Position numbers and translations under genes: made by a program
Part shown: piece by piece, positions 44,862 through 54,929 of the stretch
Layout of the letters: every line of letters begins with the position of its first letter
Position numbering within the stretch: the first letter of the stretch is position 1
NCBI GenBank assembly: GCA_018296565.1
Contig: GCA_018296565.1_3935.1
Length of the DNA: 64,000 nucleotides
Strand: one strand, 5' to 3'
Origin: a phage
Notes under the pieces: generated by a model
Seen by the model: only the letters and a program-made list of their open reading frames with translations
Database searches by the model: none
Told to the model about the DNA's origin: nothing

Positions 44862-45902
44862 ATGGAGAAGTACACATTAAAAAAACTTCCCGATTCAGTT
44901 ACACATGTCTTTATTGACTCTGACAGTATTGCCTATAAAGGTGCTTGTGTAGTTGAGAAAGCAAAATATAAATATGTCAATAAACTCACAGCAGAAGAAT
45001 CTGAACCATTTGATAATGCAAAAGATGCTGCAAGATGGTTAGCAGACCAGAGAATCCTTGTGGAAGAACTTGGCCTGACATTTGATGAAGATGAATGGGA
45101 AAGACAGACTTGGAAAGAAGCTAAGAGTGAAAAAGAAGCTATCATGGCTACTCAGCAGGTTCTTCAGGAATGGCTTAAGGTTGTTGGTAAAGAAAGAACT
45201 TGGGTAGGTTATTTAACAGAGAAGGGTGTACATAAACATAAAGACATTAAAGGTCTTGAGCACCAATATCAAGGTAACCGTAAAGAGGCTGTCACACCAA
45301 CACACTTAGTTGCTTGTCGTGAATATCTTCTATCAAGACCAGAGTTCAAGCTCTTAAAGGGAGGCTTCGAAGCCGATTCCATCGTAATTGCTAAAGCTGA
45401 AAAGATGGGTAAGAAGGCTGCTCTTATGAGTATTGACAAAGACCTTCGACAAGCTGAAGGGACTTATTGTATTGATATGACTTATGAAAAGTCACCACTA
45501 ATTTTTATTGCTGATAATAATGTTGGTGATATCTGGGATTGTCCTATCAAATCAAAACCAAAAGCTGCAAAAACTGTTGGTGTAGGTTTTAAATTTTTGT
45601 GTTATCAGGCTGTTGCTGGAGATAATGCAGACAACTACTTCGGCCTTAAAGGTGCTGGCAAAGTAGCTGTGATGAATGCTTTAGATGGTAAAGAGACCTA
45701 TAAAGAGTGTCTTGACGCTATCTATGAACTCTATGCTAAAAAAGAGTCTTACACCTATGTGTCATGGGATGGACAGACTGTCACAAAGACACCATTAGAA
45801 CTAATGGAACAGCATTTCTGGATAGCATATCAAGAGAGAAATCCAAAAGATAATTTCTCTTTTAAGAAATATAATTGGGAGCCGTGTATGAATGAAGATT
45901 AA
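44862..45902 (+). CDS. 5'-3' exonuclease / flap endonuclease
   Basis: 346 aa; N-terminal acidic cluster VFIDSDS and SIDKDL motif typical of FEN/5'-nuclease PIN-domain proteins. Confidence 0.6.
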   Translation: MEKYTLKKLPDSVTHVFIDSDSIAYKGACVVEKAKYKYVNKLTAEESEPFDNAKDAARWLADQRILVEELGLTFDEDEWERQTWKEAKSEKEAIMATQQVLQEWLKVVGKERTWVGYLTEKGVHKHKDIKGLEHQYQGNRKEAVTPTHLVACREYLLSRPEFKLLKGGFEADSIVIAKAEKMGKKAALMSIDKDLRQAEGTYCIDMTYEKSPLIFIADNNVGDIWDCPIKSKPKAAKTVGVGFKFLCYQAVAGDNADNYFGLKGAGKVAVMNALDGKETYKECLDAIYELYAKKESYTYVSWDGQTVTKTPLELMEQHFWIAYQERNPKDNFSFKKYNWEPCMNED

Positions 45903-46389
45903 AGGATTTGGCAATTGTCCCACCTATGGTCATTGGGTATCTTTATGTGGGGAAGTTGACCCCACTAAACATTTTGGTTTTGTCTATTTAGTACACTGTA
46001 AGAAAACCGGACAATACTATATTGGAAAGAAACAGCTTAATAGTGTGACCAAAAGAAAAGTTGCGGGTAAGACTCGGAAGAAGGTAGTCACTAAGGAAAG
46101 TGATTGGATGACTTATGAGACTTCTTCTGAGTATATTAAAAAAGATATTGAGAGTTTTGGAAAAGAGTTTTTTGACTTTTACATTATTCAAACCTACTAC
46201 ACAAAAGGTGGTCTAGTTTATGGTGAAGCAAACCTTCAACATAAATTCGATGTAATGACAAAAAGGATTGACTCTAAGCTCAGACTCTTCTACAATGCCA
46301 ATATTGCAGCAATTAAGTTCATTACTAAAGAAACTTATGAAGATGCTGAAAAAAGAATCCATAAGGTAATGAAAGCAAACTGTGCTTGA
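45892..46389 (+). CDS. GIY-YIG nuclease (homing endonuclease-like)
   Basis: 165 aa; GIY-YIG module FVYLVHCKKTGQYYIGKKQ; start overlaps 3' end of the exonuclease gene. Confidence 0.6.
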   Translation: MKIKGFGNCPTYGHWVSLCGEVDPTKHFGFVYLVHCKKTGQYYIGKKQLNSVTKRKVAGKTRKKVVTKESDWMTYETSSEYIKKDIESFGKEFFDFYIIQTYYTKGGLVYGEANLQHKFDVMTKRIDSKLRLFYNANIAAIKFITKETYEDAEKRIHKVMKANCA

Positions 46390-46410
46390 TAACTATTGAG
46401 AGAGAATAAA

Positions 46411-46641
46411 ATGTTTAACAAAAGTAAAGCTGTGAGTCATGTAGCAAAAGTTGACAGCAAGATTGAAGAACTTGAGCGCATTCTTGCAAATGCCAGAGAG
46501 TCAATAATTAAAGAGGTTGAAGCTGTTGAATCTCAAATGCAGCACCTAATGCTTAAACGTCAAGAGCTACGTGAGCATCTGGAATATATTGAAACACGAG
46601 AGCTAAAGGTTAACAGATTTTTAAGGAGTCCAAATGTTTAA
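46411..46641 (+). CDS. Hypothetical coiled-coil protein
   Basis: Track ORF starts at a TTG at 46396; internal ATG at 46411 taken as start; helical. Confidence 0.4.
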   Translation: MFNKSKAVSHVAKVDSKIEELERILANARESIIKEVEAVESQMQHLMLKRQELREHLEYIETRELKVNRFLRSPNV

Positions 46642-47389
46642 CTCAAGAGAAGCAGTAAAAAACTGGAATCTTCGTTGTGGAAACACTCAAAAGCAACCTT
46701 ACAGTGATGAGTATTGGGAATCTTTAAAATCCCAGTCTTTGTGTATGCTTGAAGAAGCAAAAGAGCTTGTAAAAGCAATTGAAGAGAAAGACCCCATTGA
46801 GACACTAGATGCTCAGGCAGATTTGCAATATGTTCTTGATGGTCTGATTTATCTGTCACAGCATGACCATAACGGTGCTATGAAAGCTGTTTGCCATAAT
46901 AATGACCTGAAGTACACAGACGACTATGAAGAAGCTTTAAAACGTCTTGCAGATATTGAGAAGCGTACTGGTCAAGAGTGTATCATCAGAATGTCAGTAG
47001 TTGATGGCAAAGAATGGTATGCAATTGTTCGTGCAGCCGATGGGAAGATTATGAAGCAATCTAATCTCCCTAAAGTTCAGCTTGGTGAATACATTGTAGA
47101 ACTTGAAAGCCAAGAACTTTTTGTGGTAGTATCTGAGACATGCGTTATCTGCAAAGGTATTGTATGTAGCTTAAAGGATTTGGGTGTAGATGGTTTTGTA
47201 GAAGTTAATCCAATTACCTCTAAAGCAGATAAAGATTTCTGTAAAGAGAATGGACTATGGATTGCAGATATTGTCTACTATGATGGTGAGCAGTTCCATG
47301 TAACCTCATACCCAAAACTGAATTATGATGCTAATAACCTGAAGTGCTGGTTAAAAGGGGTTGGTTATAATGGATTCACAGAACATTAA
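46634..47389 (+). CDS. MazG-like NTP pyrophosphohydrolase domain protein with unknown C-terminal domain
   Basis: 251 aa; N-terminal region has the all-alpha MazG-type acidic pattern (EEAKELVKAIEEKD...DAQADLQYVLDGLIYL); C-terminal 130 aa Cys-containing, unknown. Confidence 0.45.
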   Translation: MFNSREAVKNWNLRCGNTQKQPYSDEYWESLKSQSLCMLEEAKELVKAIEEKDPIETLDAQADLQYVLDGLIYLSQHDHNGAMKAVCHNNDLKYTDDYEEALKRLADIEKRTGQECIIRMSVVDGKEWYAIVRAADGKIMKQSNLPKVQLGEYIVELESQELFVVVSETCVICKGIVCSLKDLGVDGFVEVNPITSKADKDFCKENGLWIADIVYYDGEQFHVTSYPKLNYDANNLKCWLKGVGYNGFTEH

Positions 47390-47693
47390 TAAAGAAGGTG
47401 TGGCTCAGAAGAGCCACTTCTCAAACTACAATATCTCTATGACGGTGTTTATGAATGACCCGTTACTTGAGAAGTATGGTGAGACTCCAGATACACTTCT
47501 GGATAATGAACAAGTTTTAAAAGCAGTTCTGTACAAATACGGGATTGATATTGAAAAAGAGTATTCTTTTGAAATTTGCCAACATAGAAATACTTTTGGT
47601 AAAGTTGTAGTCGCCCCCCTATTCATGGGTGTAGAAAGAACTGACTATGGTTGGTTGTATCTAAAAAGAAACTTGGAGAAATACCGTGTCTAA
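47370..47693 (+). CDS. Hypothetical protein
   Basis: Track ORF starts at a TTG at 47361; internal ATG at 47370 taken as start. Confidence 0.4.
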   Translation: MDSQNINKEGVAQKSHFSNYNISMTVFMNDPLLEKYGETPDTLLDNEQVLKAVLYKYGIDIEKEYSFEICQHRNTFGKVVVAPLFMGVERTDYGWLYLKRNLEKYRV

Positions 47694-48021
47694 AACAAAA
47701 AAGCTATCTTATGATGACATCATCTCAGGTGCTAAGTTAGGTGTTGACAGTATTGGACAAGATATCAAGCACGGGGACACAGTGATGTACTGTGATGACC
47801 GAAGAGGAAGAAGTGCAATCTTGTTTGGAAGAATTGTTTGCAAGATGCGAGGTAATTACGTTGTTGCAGACATGGATGAGAACACTACACAAGAGCTTGA
47901 AGCAATTATGAATGGCAACACCTCATCGTGGTTCCTGAATTGTATGCACACTGCTTCAGTCACAAAGGTAAGTGATAAGTTTTACGACATGTGGCAGAAT
48001 GAGCAAATTTTCAAGATTTAA
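47686..48021 (+). CDS. Hypothetical protein
   Basis: 111 aa ORF, apparent GTG start with ggag RBS. Confidence 0.4.
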   Translation: MSKTKKLSYDDIISGAKLGVDSIGQDIKHGDTVMYCDDRRGRSAILFGRIVCKMRGNYVVADMDENTTQELEAIMNGNTSSWFLNCMHTASVTKVSDKFYDMWQNEQIFKI

Positions 48022-48026
48022 ACTAG

Positions 48027-48049
48027 GGAGCCTCTTCGGAGGCTCTTTT
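48027..48049 (+). terminator. Rho-independent terminator
   Basis: Hairpin gagcctc-ttcg-gaggctc followed by TTTT. Confidence 0.6.
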
Positions 48050-48067
48050 CATCTGTAGGATTTAAAA

Positions 48068-50302
48068 ATGATTAAGACAATTAAAAAATCAAACGGTACA
48101 GTAGTAAGCTTTGACCCAGAAAGACTGAATAAGTGGGCATCATGGGCAGATAAACGTGGAATTATCTGGTCAGAAGTCACTATGGAAGCTATGAAACGTG
48201 TCTATGAAGGTTGCACTACAAAAGAGATGCACCAAGCCATGATTGATGTTTGTGTTGATAAACAAACTCAAGAGTACTCAGATATGGCTGGACGGCTACT
48301 TCTGGGGATTATCTACAAAGAAGCCTTTGGAGGCTTTACTAAGGTTCCTACGCTGATTACCTTCGTTAAAAATATGGAGAGAGCAGGACTTTGGGAGAAG
48401 ATGGACTATTCACAGGAAGAGCTTGAATACCTGCAAGGTTACATCGTGCACTCAAAAGATATCTCCTACGGTTATGCAGTCTTGAAACAGTTCAGAGACA
48501 AGTATGGCATCCGTGATATTAAAACGGGAAGACTTTTTGAGTCACCACAATTTATGTTCATGGGTATGGCTATGAAAGCCTTTGAGAAGCAACCAAAGCA
48601 CCGTAGACTGCAAGATGTTATCAAGCTGTACACTTACCTATCTGACCTAAAGATTAACGCCCCTACACCTTATTTAAACGGTTTAAGAGCTACTAAATCA
48701 GGTTATGCGTCATGTTGTTTGATTAAGGCGAACGATACTGCCGAATCACTTGGTATTGCTGCAAAGGTTGCTTATGACATGACTACAAAGCAAGCTGGTA
48801 TCGGGATGCTGATGGAGACTCGCACTATTGGTGATGGTATCCGTCAAAACACGATTGAGCACATGGGTAAGCTGCCTTATTATAAGCTTGTACGTTCATC
48901 TGTAGAGGCAAACAAACAGAAGAGTCGTGGCGGTTCAGCTAATAACTTCTACACTGCTCTAGACCCGCAGATTGAAGATTTACTGCGTTTGAAGCACCCG
49001 ACAACGGTTCCTTCTAAACGTATTAATGAGATGGACTACTCATTCGGCACAAACGATTATTTCTGGCAGTGTGTTCAGTATGATACAGACTGGTTGCTAT
49101 TCTCTTACAAAGATGCACCAAAACTCTATGACATGTTCTACACAGCATCTGCTGATGAGTTTGCTATGGCAGTTGGTCACGCAGTACATTCAGGAGTCAA
49201 GCACAGACGAGTCAAGGCTCGTGAAATTGCTAAGCTGTTTATTCAACAGCGTTATGCTACAGGTCGTGTGTATCCATTCTTCACTAACAATGCAAACACA
49301 CATACACCATTTAAAGAACCATTGAAGATGTCAAATCTTTGCATGGAAATTGTGTTGCCAGTGTATGGTTTTGAGAAAGAGACAGACCTTTACAGAGATG
49401 ATGCTGTGAAAGAGGATGGTGAGGTGGCTCTTTGCTTCCTAGCTAGTTTGGTTGCAGGGAGAATTTCAGAAGATGAATACGCTGACGTTGCTTATTATGC
49501 TCTTGCAATGGTTGACTCCGTTATTGACCTTATGGATTATCCGTATCCGTCGATGCGTAACCATGTTCAGAAGCGTCGTTCTGTTGGGATTGGCCTTACA
49601 AATGTGGCTCATTACCTTGCGAAGAACTACGTGAACTACTCTTCACGAGCAGGTAAGACAAAGCTTCATGAGCTTGCTGAAATGCACTCTTACTATCTGC
49701 ATGAAGCCTCTCTGAGACTTGCTAAAGAGCGTGGAGTTCCAGAGTACATGAAGTTCACTAAGTACCCTGAAGGCTGGGTTCCTCCAAAGACAGCTAACAA
49801 GAAGATTGATGAAAAGCATGATGCAAAACTACGATATGATTGGGATAACTTAGCACAACGTATCAAAGAAAATGGTGGAATCCGAAACTCTGTATTAGAA
49901 GCTTACATGCCTAATGAGAGTTCTTCACTAGCAACTAATACGACAAATGGTTTGTACCCAATTCGTGACTTTATTTTAACTAAAAAGTCTGCAACTGGTA
50001 ACGTACTGTTTATTGTTCCAGATTATGAAGAGTTGAAGTATGTCTATGAAATTGCTTGGGATATCGACACCTTTGATATGATTGACTGTTATGCAATTGT
50101 TCAAAAGTTCACTGGTCAAGCTATCTCTTCAGACTTCTATGTTGACTATGCAAAGTCTAAGAAGGTATCATTGGCTCAAGCTCTGAAGTACATGATTTAT
50201 GCCAACTCGGTAGGTATGAAAACCATGTACTATCTGAACAGCCGTATCGGTGTAGGTAAATCTGCACTGCAAGATGCTTATTGCGAGGGTTGTGGTGTTT
50301 AG
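48068..50302 (+). CDS. nrdA: Ribonucleotide reductase class I large subunit
   Basis: 744 aa; catalytic signature SNLCMEI and C-terminal Cys pair (CEGCGV); followed by small subunit gene. Confidence 0.9.
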   Translation: MIKTIKKSNGTVVSFDPERLNKWASWADKRGIIWSEVTMEAMKRVYEGCTTKEMHQAMIDVCVDKQTQEYSDMAGRLLLGIIYKEAFGGFTKVPTLITFVKNMERAGLWEKMDYSQEELEYLQGYIVHSKDISYGYAVLKQFRDKYGIRDIKTGRLFESPQFMFMGMAMKAFEKQPKHRRLQDVIKLYTYLSDLKINAPTPYLNGLRATKSGYASCCLIKANDTAESLGIAAKVAYDMTTKQAGIGMLMETRTIGDGIRQNTIEHMGKLPYYKLVRSSVEANKQKSRGGSANNFYTALDPQIEDLLRLKHPTTVPSKRINEMDYSFGTNDYFWQCVQYDTDWLLFSYKDAPKLYDMFYTASADEFAMAVGHAVHSGVKHRRVKAREIAKLFIQQRYATGRVYPFFTNNANTHTPFKEPLKMSNLCMEIVLPVYGFEKETDLYRDDAVKEDGEVALCFLASLVAGRISEDEYADVAYYALAMVDSVIDLMDYPYPSMRNHVQKRRSVGIGLTNVAHYLAKNYVNYSSRAGKTKLHELAEMHSYYLHEASLRLAKERGVPEYMKFTKYPEGWVPPKTANKKIDEKHDAKLRYDWDNLAQRIKENGGIRNSVLEAYMPNESSSLATNTTNGLYPIRDFILTKKSATGNVLFIVPDYEELKYVYEIAWDIDTFDMIDCYAIVQKFTGQAISSDFYVDYAKSKKVSLAQALKYMIYANSVGMKTMYYLNSRIGVGKSALQDAYCEGCGV

Positions 50303-50357
50303 TTTTAACAACTATGAGGGTCGTAAAAGACCCTCTAAAAATAACTTTGGAGAGAGT

Positions 50358-50615
50358 ATGAAGGACTTAATAGCAAATCATGAGTGGCCAATTTATCTGC
50401 TCTACAAACCTCGGAAAACGTTGTACTATGTAAGTAGTACAGATATGATGATAAAACAAAATGATGACTCATGGGTCGATGGTGTGTCATACATCTCTAC
50501 AGCAGATGGTAAAATCTATGCAAGACCATATGAGATGTTCAATGAAGAAAATTGGGAAGTTCTAGACCGAAAACAAGCCTTAGAAATGATAAAGAAAGGA
50601 GAAATCACACTATGA
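50358..50615 (+). CDS. Hypothetical protein between nrdA and nrdB
   Basis: Track ORF 50274-50615 overlaps nrdA; trimmed to ATG at 50358 with ggagag RBS. Confidence 0.4.
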   Translation: MKDLIANHEWPIYLLYKPRKTLYYVSSTDMMIKQNDDSWVDGVSYISTADGKIYARPYEMFNEENWEVLDRKQALEMIKKGEITL

Positions 50616-51685
50616 TTAACCAACACCCAATCTTTTTAGGTGGTGAGAGAAAGACATTTGACTCACTTAATAAACACTACCCAAAAATCTTTGAGCTTTA
50701 TAAACAACAAAAAGCACAAGATTGGTCAGAAGATGAGTTCCCTTTTGAACAATCACGTCTTGATTTTGAGAGTGTCCCAGCATCAATGTCAGGTGTAATG
50801 CTTGAGATTCTTAAGTGGCAGTGGGAAGCAGATACCCAAGTTGCTAAGAGCTTGGCATTCGCCTTTGCACCATTCATCTCTGATGACATCTATGCAACTG
50901 CAATTATGAAGCAGTCTGAGATTGAAAACCTACATGCTCTTACTTACTCAGAGATTGTAAGGCAATGTATTAAAAACCCTGAAACAATTTTAGATGAGAT
51001 TAACCAGAATGTTGCTGTACAAGACCGATTAAAAACTGTGAATCGTGTTCTTGAAGAATTACTGGATGAAGGTATAAACTACCGCCTGAGTTATGTCCGT
51101 GATTCACTTCTGGACAAAGACCATTTACACTTCCATAAAGTGATTCTGAAAGGGCTGTTTGCAGTGACTGCACTTGAAGGCATTTCCTTCATGGCATCCT
51201 TTGCATGTACCTTTGCACTTGATGCTCAGGATAAATTTCAGGGTATTGCTCAAGCTGTCCAGAAAATTATGCTTGATGAAATCCTTCACACCAAAATTGA
51301 TATTGAAGTTTTAAAAGAAACTTTAAGAGATGATGAGTGGCAGAAAGCTTTTCAACAAATTCTTCCAGAGATTAAAGTAATCTTAGATGAAGTAGTTGAA
51401 AGTGAAGAGAAATGGTCGTATTATATCTTCTCCGAAGGACGTGCTGTAGTTGGCTTAAACACAAAACTTCTTCATGAGTGGGTTTACTATAATGCTGCCC
51501 CACTGTATGATATGTTTGGCATTCCCAGAGATTTTGTAGCTCCTAAAGAACCACCTTTGAAGTATATGATTAAGAAGATGGAAATTGATAAAGAGCAGAA
51601 TGCTAATCAGGAGCAACAGAACGGTGCGTACCTGTTGAATACTGTTGTAGATGATTTGAATAGTGGATTTTTAGAGGTTCCTTAA
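50612..51685 (+). CDS. nrdB: Ribonucleotide reductase class I small subunit
   Basis: Track ORF trimmed to ATG at 50612 with aaggag RBS; about 357 aa; position after nrdA. Confidence 0.8.
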   Translation: MINQHPIFLGGERKTFDSLNKHYPKIFELYKQQKAQDWSEDEFPFEQSRLDFESVPASMSGVMLEILKWQWEADTQVAKSLAFAFAPFISDDIYATAIMKQSEIENLHALTYSEIVRQCIKNPETILDEINQNVAVQDRLKTVNRVLEELLDEGINYRLSYVRDSLLDKDHLHFHKVILKGLFAVTALEGISFMASFACTFALDAQDKFQGIAQAVQKIMLDEILHTKIDIEVLKETLRDDEWQKAFQQILPEIKVILDEVVESEEKWSYYIFSEGRAVVGLNTKLLHEWVYYNAAPLYDMFGIPRDFVAPKEPPLKYMIKKMEIDKEQNANQEQQNGAYLLNTVVDDLNSGFLEVP

Positions 51686-51927
51686 TGACTTATGTGATTT
51701 ACTCCAAAACTGGATGCCCTCAGTGTGAGACTGCAAAGAATTTTGCAAAAGCTCGTGGTATTGACCATGTTGTGAGAATGTTAGGGCAGGATTATGAACT
51801 GTCAGACCTGATGGATATTGCACAGATGCCAGTTCGTCAGATGCCATTCATCATGAAAACTGATGGACAAAACCTAAAACCTGTTGGAACGCTACAGAAT
51901 TTTATGGCAGAGGTGAATAATGCTTAA
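51685..51927 (+). CDS. Glutaredoxin-like protein (NrdH/Grx family)
   Basis: 80 aa with CPQC redox motif near N-terminus (YSKTGCPQCETAK), immediately after nrdB. Confidence 0.6.
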   Translation: MTYVIYSKTGCPQCETAKNFAKARGIDHVVRMLGQDYELSDLMDIAQMPVRQMPFIMKTDGQNLKPVGTLQNFMAEVNNA

Positions 51928-52126
51928 ACGCCTTTGGGAAGGTCTGGTTGTTGATGCACCAGCCATTGTGATTGGTATGCTGATTGTTAACCTATTTACT
52001 GATTTTGAACAAGGTTCATTGTTTGGGGCCATGTTACTATGGGTTATCTTTGAAATATTAGAGATACAGTTAGGCATCACTGAAAAACTAAGAAAACTCG
52101 TTTCGAAGTTTTCTAAAAAGATTTAA
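51920..52126 (+). CDS. Small hydrophobic protein
   Basis: 68 aa, two hydrophobic segments, gaggtga RBS. Confidence 0.4.
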   Translation: MLKRLWEGLVVDAPAIVIGMLIVNLFTDFEQGSLFGAMLLWVIFEILEIQLGITEKLRKLVSKFSKKI

Positions 52127-52132
52127 AATGAA

Positions 52133-52155
52133 AGGGTCTCTTCGGAGACCTTTTT
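52133..52155 (+). terminator. Rho-independent terminator
   Basis: Hairpin gggtctc-ttcg-gagacc followed by TTTTT. Confidence 0.6.
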
Positions 52156-52174
52156 AGCATGTAAAGGGGCAATA

Positions 52175-54319
52175 ATGAACAAAGTACAGATTATTAAAAA
52201 GAATGGCTCACTCGAAGAACCTGATATCAAAAAAGTTTTAGCAGCAGTCACAAAGTCAGCTAATAGGGTTGGGTATAAAGAACTCCCACCAGATGTTACT
52301 CAAGCTCTTGAGTCAGCATTTATGAGGATTCTGGTAAAATCTACTAAACAGAATAATTTACTAATTTCGGTAAACGATATTCACAGTATTGTTGAAGGTG
52401 CTTTGGCAGAGGTCAATCACGAGATTTATGAGTCTTACTCAACATACAGAAATTACCGTAAAGAGGTTGCTCAAAATTGGGATGAACTTTACCAAAAGAC
52501 TAGAGACACACTCTTCTTAGGTGACCGTGAAAATGCTAACTTTGACAGCAGTTTAATTTCTACGAAAGGTTCAATTATCCGTGGTTACCTGACTAAAGAA
52601 ATCTTTAAACAGTATCATCTAACACCAGAGGAACTTGAAGCCATTGAGAAAGGCTTTATCTATATCCACGATTTGAGAGACCTGATTTTTGGTGGTATTA
52701 ACTGTTGCCTGTTTGACATTGGTAAAGTACTAAAAGGCGGCTTTGAAATGTCCGGCATTGAGTACTGTGAACCTAAATCTGTACTGTCAGCGTTGCAGGT
52801 TATTGGTGACGTAGTACTTTCAGCAACTGCACAGCAATTTGGTGGTTTTACTTTAGCAGAGATTGATAAGGTACTTGTACCGTATGCTAAGAAGTCTCTA
52901 CGCTATCATGCTGAGAAAGCATCATCTTATGGTATTCCTAAAGAGCATTACCACAATTATGTAATGGAGCAGTTACAAATTGAACTGACTCAAGGTTTTC
53001 AGTCACTTGAGATGAAACTAAATACCGTACCTTGTAGCCGTGGTGATTTTGCATTCACAACTTTAACATTTGGTTTACTTGACTCAGATATGTCTAATGA
53101 GGATAATCGACTACAATACATGATTGCAAGTACTCTCCTAGATGTTCGTATGAATGGACAAGGCAAGAGCAAAAAACCTGTTGTATTCCCTAAACTGGTT
53201 TATATTTATGACCAGAAGAGACATGATGAAAATATCTGTCAAGGTCACCTGTACAGTAAAGCTATTGAGTGTTGCTCTAAAGCAATGTACCCAGATTTCT
53301 TAAGTGTGTCTGGTCATGGTGCTGTAGCAGAGGCTTTTGAGCGTTCTGGTAAGGTAATTTCACCGATGGGTTGCAGAGCCTTTTTATCTCCATATCTTAA
53401 TGAGGGTGGAGAAGAGTTCTACGTTGGTCGTGCTAACATTGGTGCTGTATCTTTGAACTTACCAATGATTTACCAGTATTCTAAAGAGAATGGCTTAGAT
53501 TTCTGGAAAGAGCTTGATAAGTACCTAGAGATGATTCGTAGTTTCCATAAGAAACGCTACGAAATGATTGCTAATATGCCAGCAAGCTCTAACCCTCTTG
53601 CATTCACACAAGGTGGTCTGTACAAAGGAACTAAGAAACCTACTGACAAGGTTGGTTGGGATATTGTGAAGTCCTTCACAGCTTCTTTTGGTGTTACTGC
53701 GCTTGATGAGTTGTCTGTTCTTGCTGAAGGTAAACGACTGCATGAAGTTGGAAGCTATAGTTTTGCATATGATGTTCTGGCATACATTAACATGAAAACC
53801 GAAGAGTTTAAAAATGAAGATGGCTTCTTATATGCCGTCTATGGTACTCCAGCAGAATCACTTTGCGGAACTCAACTAAAACAGTTCAGAGATATGTTTG
53901 GCGTTATCAAAGGCGTTTCTGACAAGGAATACTTTACAAACAGTTTCCATATGAATGTTGCAGCAGACATCTCACCATTTGAGAAGCAGGACTTAGAAGA
54001 ACCATTCTTCCATATCTGTGGAGGCGGTAGAATCCAGTATGTAAGAGTAGCTAACCCAGAAAACTTATCAGCACTTAAGAGCTGTATTACAAGAGGGATG
54101 TTGAAAGGTTTCTATCAGGGACTTAACTTTGACTTAGCAATCTGTGAGCATTGTGGTAACAGACCAAAATCAGATGTTGAAGAGTGTGAAGTTTGTCACT
54201 CACATGATATCTCTGTGATTAACAGGGTGTGTGGGTATCTTGGATGGACTAAGATTAAAGGTGAATCCCGAATGAACGATGCAAAAATCGCTGAGATTCG
54301 TGACAGAGTTTCTATGTAA
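52175..54319 (+). CDS. nrdD: Anaerobic ribonucleoside-triphosphate reductase (class III)
   Basis: 714 aa; C-terminal zinc ribbon CEHCGN...CEVCHSHD and glycyl-radical motif RVCGYLG. Confidence 0.85.
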   Translation: MNKVQIIKKNGSLEEPDIKKVLAAVTKSANRVGYKELPPDVTQALESAFMRILVKSTKQNNLLISVNDIHSIVEGALAEVNHEIYESYSTYRNYRKEVAQNWDELYQKTRDTLFLGDRENANFDSSLISTKGSIIRGYLTKEIFKQYHLTPEELEAIEKGFIYIHDLRDLIFGGINCCLFDIGKVLKGGFEMSGIEYCEPKSVLSALQVIGDVVLSATAQQFGGFTLAEIDKVLVPYAKKSLRYHAEKASSYGIPKEHYHNYVMEQLQIELTQGFQSLEMKLNTVPCSRGDFAFTTLTFGLLDSDMSNEDNRLQYMIASTLLDVRMNGQGKSKKPVVFPKLVYIYDQKRHDENICQGHLYSKAIECCSKAMYPDFLSVSGHGAVAEAFERSGKVISPMGCRAFLSPYLNEGGEEFYVGRANIGAVSLNLPMIYQYSKENGLDFWKELDKYLEMIRSFHKKRYEMIANMPASSNPLAFTQGGLYKGTKKPTDKVGWDIVKSFTASFGVTALDELSVLAEGKRLHEVGSYSFAYDVLAYINMKTEEFKNEDGFLYAVYGTPAESLCGTQLKQFRDMFGVIKGVSDKEYFTNSFHMNVAADISPFEKQDLEEPFFHICGGGRIQYVRVANPENLSALKSCITRGMLKGFYQGLNFDLAICEHCGNRPKSDVEECEVCHSHDISVINRVCGYLGWTKIKGESRMNDAKIAEIRDRVSM

Positions 54320-54329
54320 AACTTGACAT

Positions 54330-54370
54330 GGTGGTGTGAGTCTTGATAGGCTTACATCACCTTTTTTATT
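54330..54370 (+). terminator. Strong rho-independent terminator after nrdD
   Basis: 11-bp stem ggtggtgtgag/cttacatcacc (with G-U pairs) followed by TTTTTT. Confidence 0.6.
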
Positions 54371-54381
54371 GGAGTTGTATC

Positions 54382-54726
54382 ATGGACTTGTGGCTTTATG
54401 TAGCAGTTTGTGGCCTTGCATGTCTCATCATATTAATCATTATCGGTGTCATGCGTTTTAAAGACATTATTTGCTCAGATTTTTGGCCTGAGTTTATCTT
54501 TAAAGCTATGGTAGTGGTATTCCTTATATTTTGTGCTTTTGTTGTATATGATTCGTATAAGGTAATGGCATGGATGGATGCAAACAATTGTGTAAAAACC
54601 TCTCAAAACCGTGAGGTCACTTATTTTGTGAGCGTGCTTAGTGGGAGTACCACTATACTTGTTCCACAAACTTCTGTAGAATATCTTTACACATGTGATA
54701 ATGGGAAAACTATATGGTGGAATTAA
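54382..54726 (+). CDS. Membrane protein (hypothetical)
   Basis: Track start at 54343 lies in the terminator hairpin; ATG at 54382 with ggag RBS used. Two hydrophobic segments. Confidence 0.4.
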   Translation: MDLWLYVAVCGLACLIILIIIGVMRFKDIICSDFWPEFIFKAMVVVFLIFCAFVVYDSYKVMAWMDANNCVKTSQNREVTYFVSVLSGSTTILVPQTSVEYLYTCDNGKTIWWN

Positions 54727-54728
54727 TT

Positions 54729-54929
54729 ATGTCTAAGCTTTTAAAGGTGTCGATACCCATACTGCATATAGCGGTATTCTTCATTGGGGTTAGTGTCACA
54801 GTATGGGGTTTCTCAGACCCACAATGGGAGTTTTCATATCAGGGTCAGATGGATTTGTGGTCATGCTTCAAACCATTTTTAGGGTTAACTATTGCATTTT
54901 CTGCAATACCAACTAAGGTCAAATTATGA
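54729..54929 (+). CDS. Small membrane protein (hypothetical)
   Basis: Internal ATG of track ORF 54714-54929; hydrophobic; start choice uncertain. Confidence 0.35.
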   Translation: MSKLLKVSIPILHIAVFFIGVSVTVWGFSDPQWEFSYQGQMDLWSCFKPFLGLTIAFSAIPTKVKL

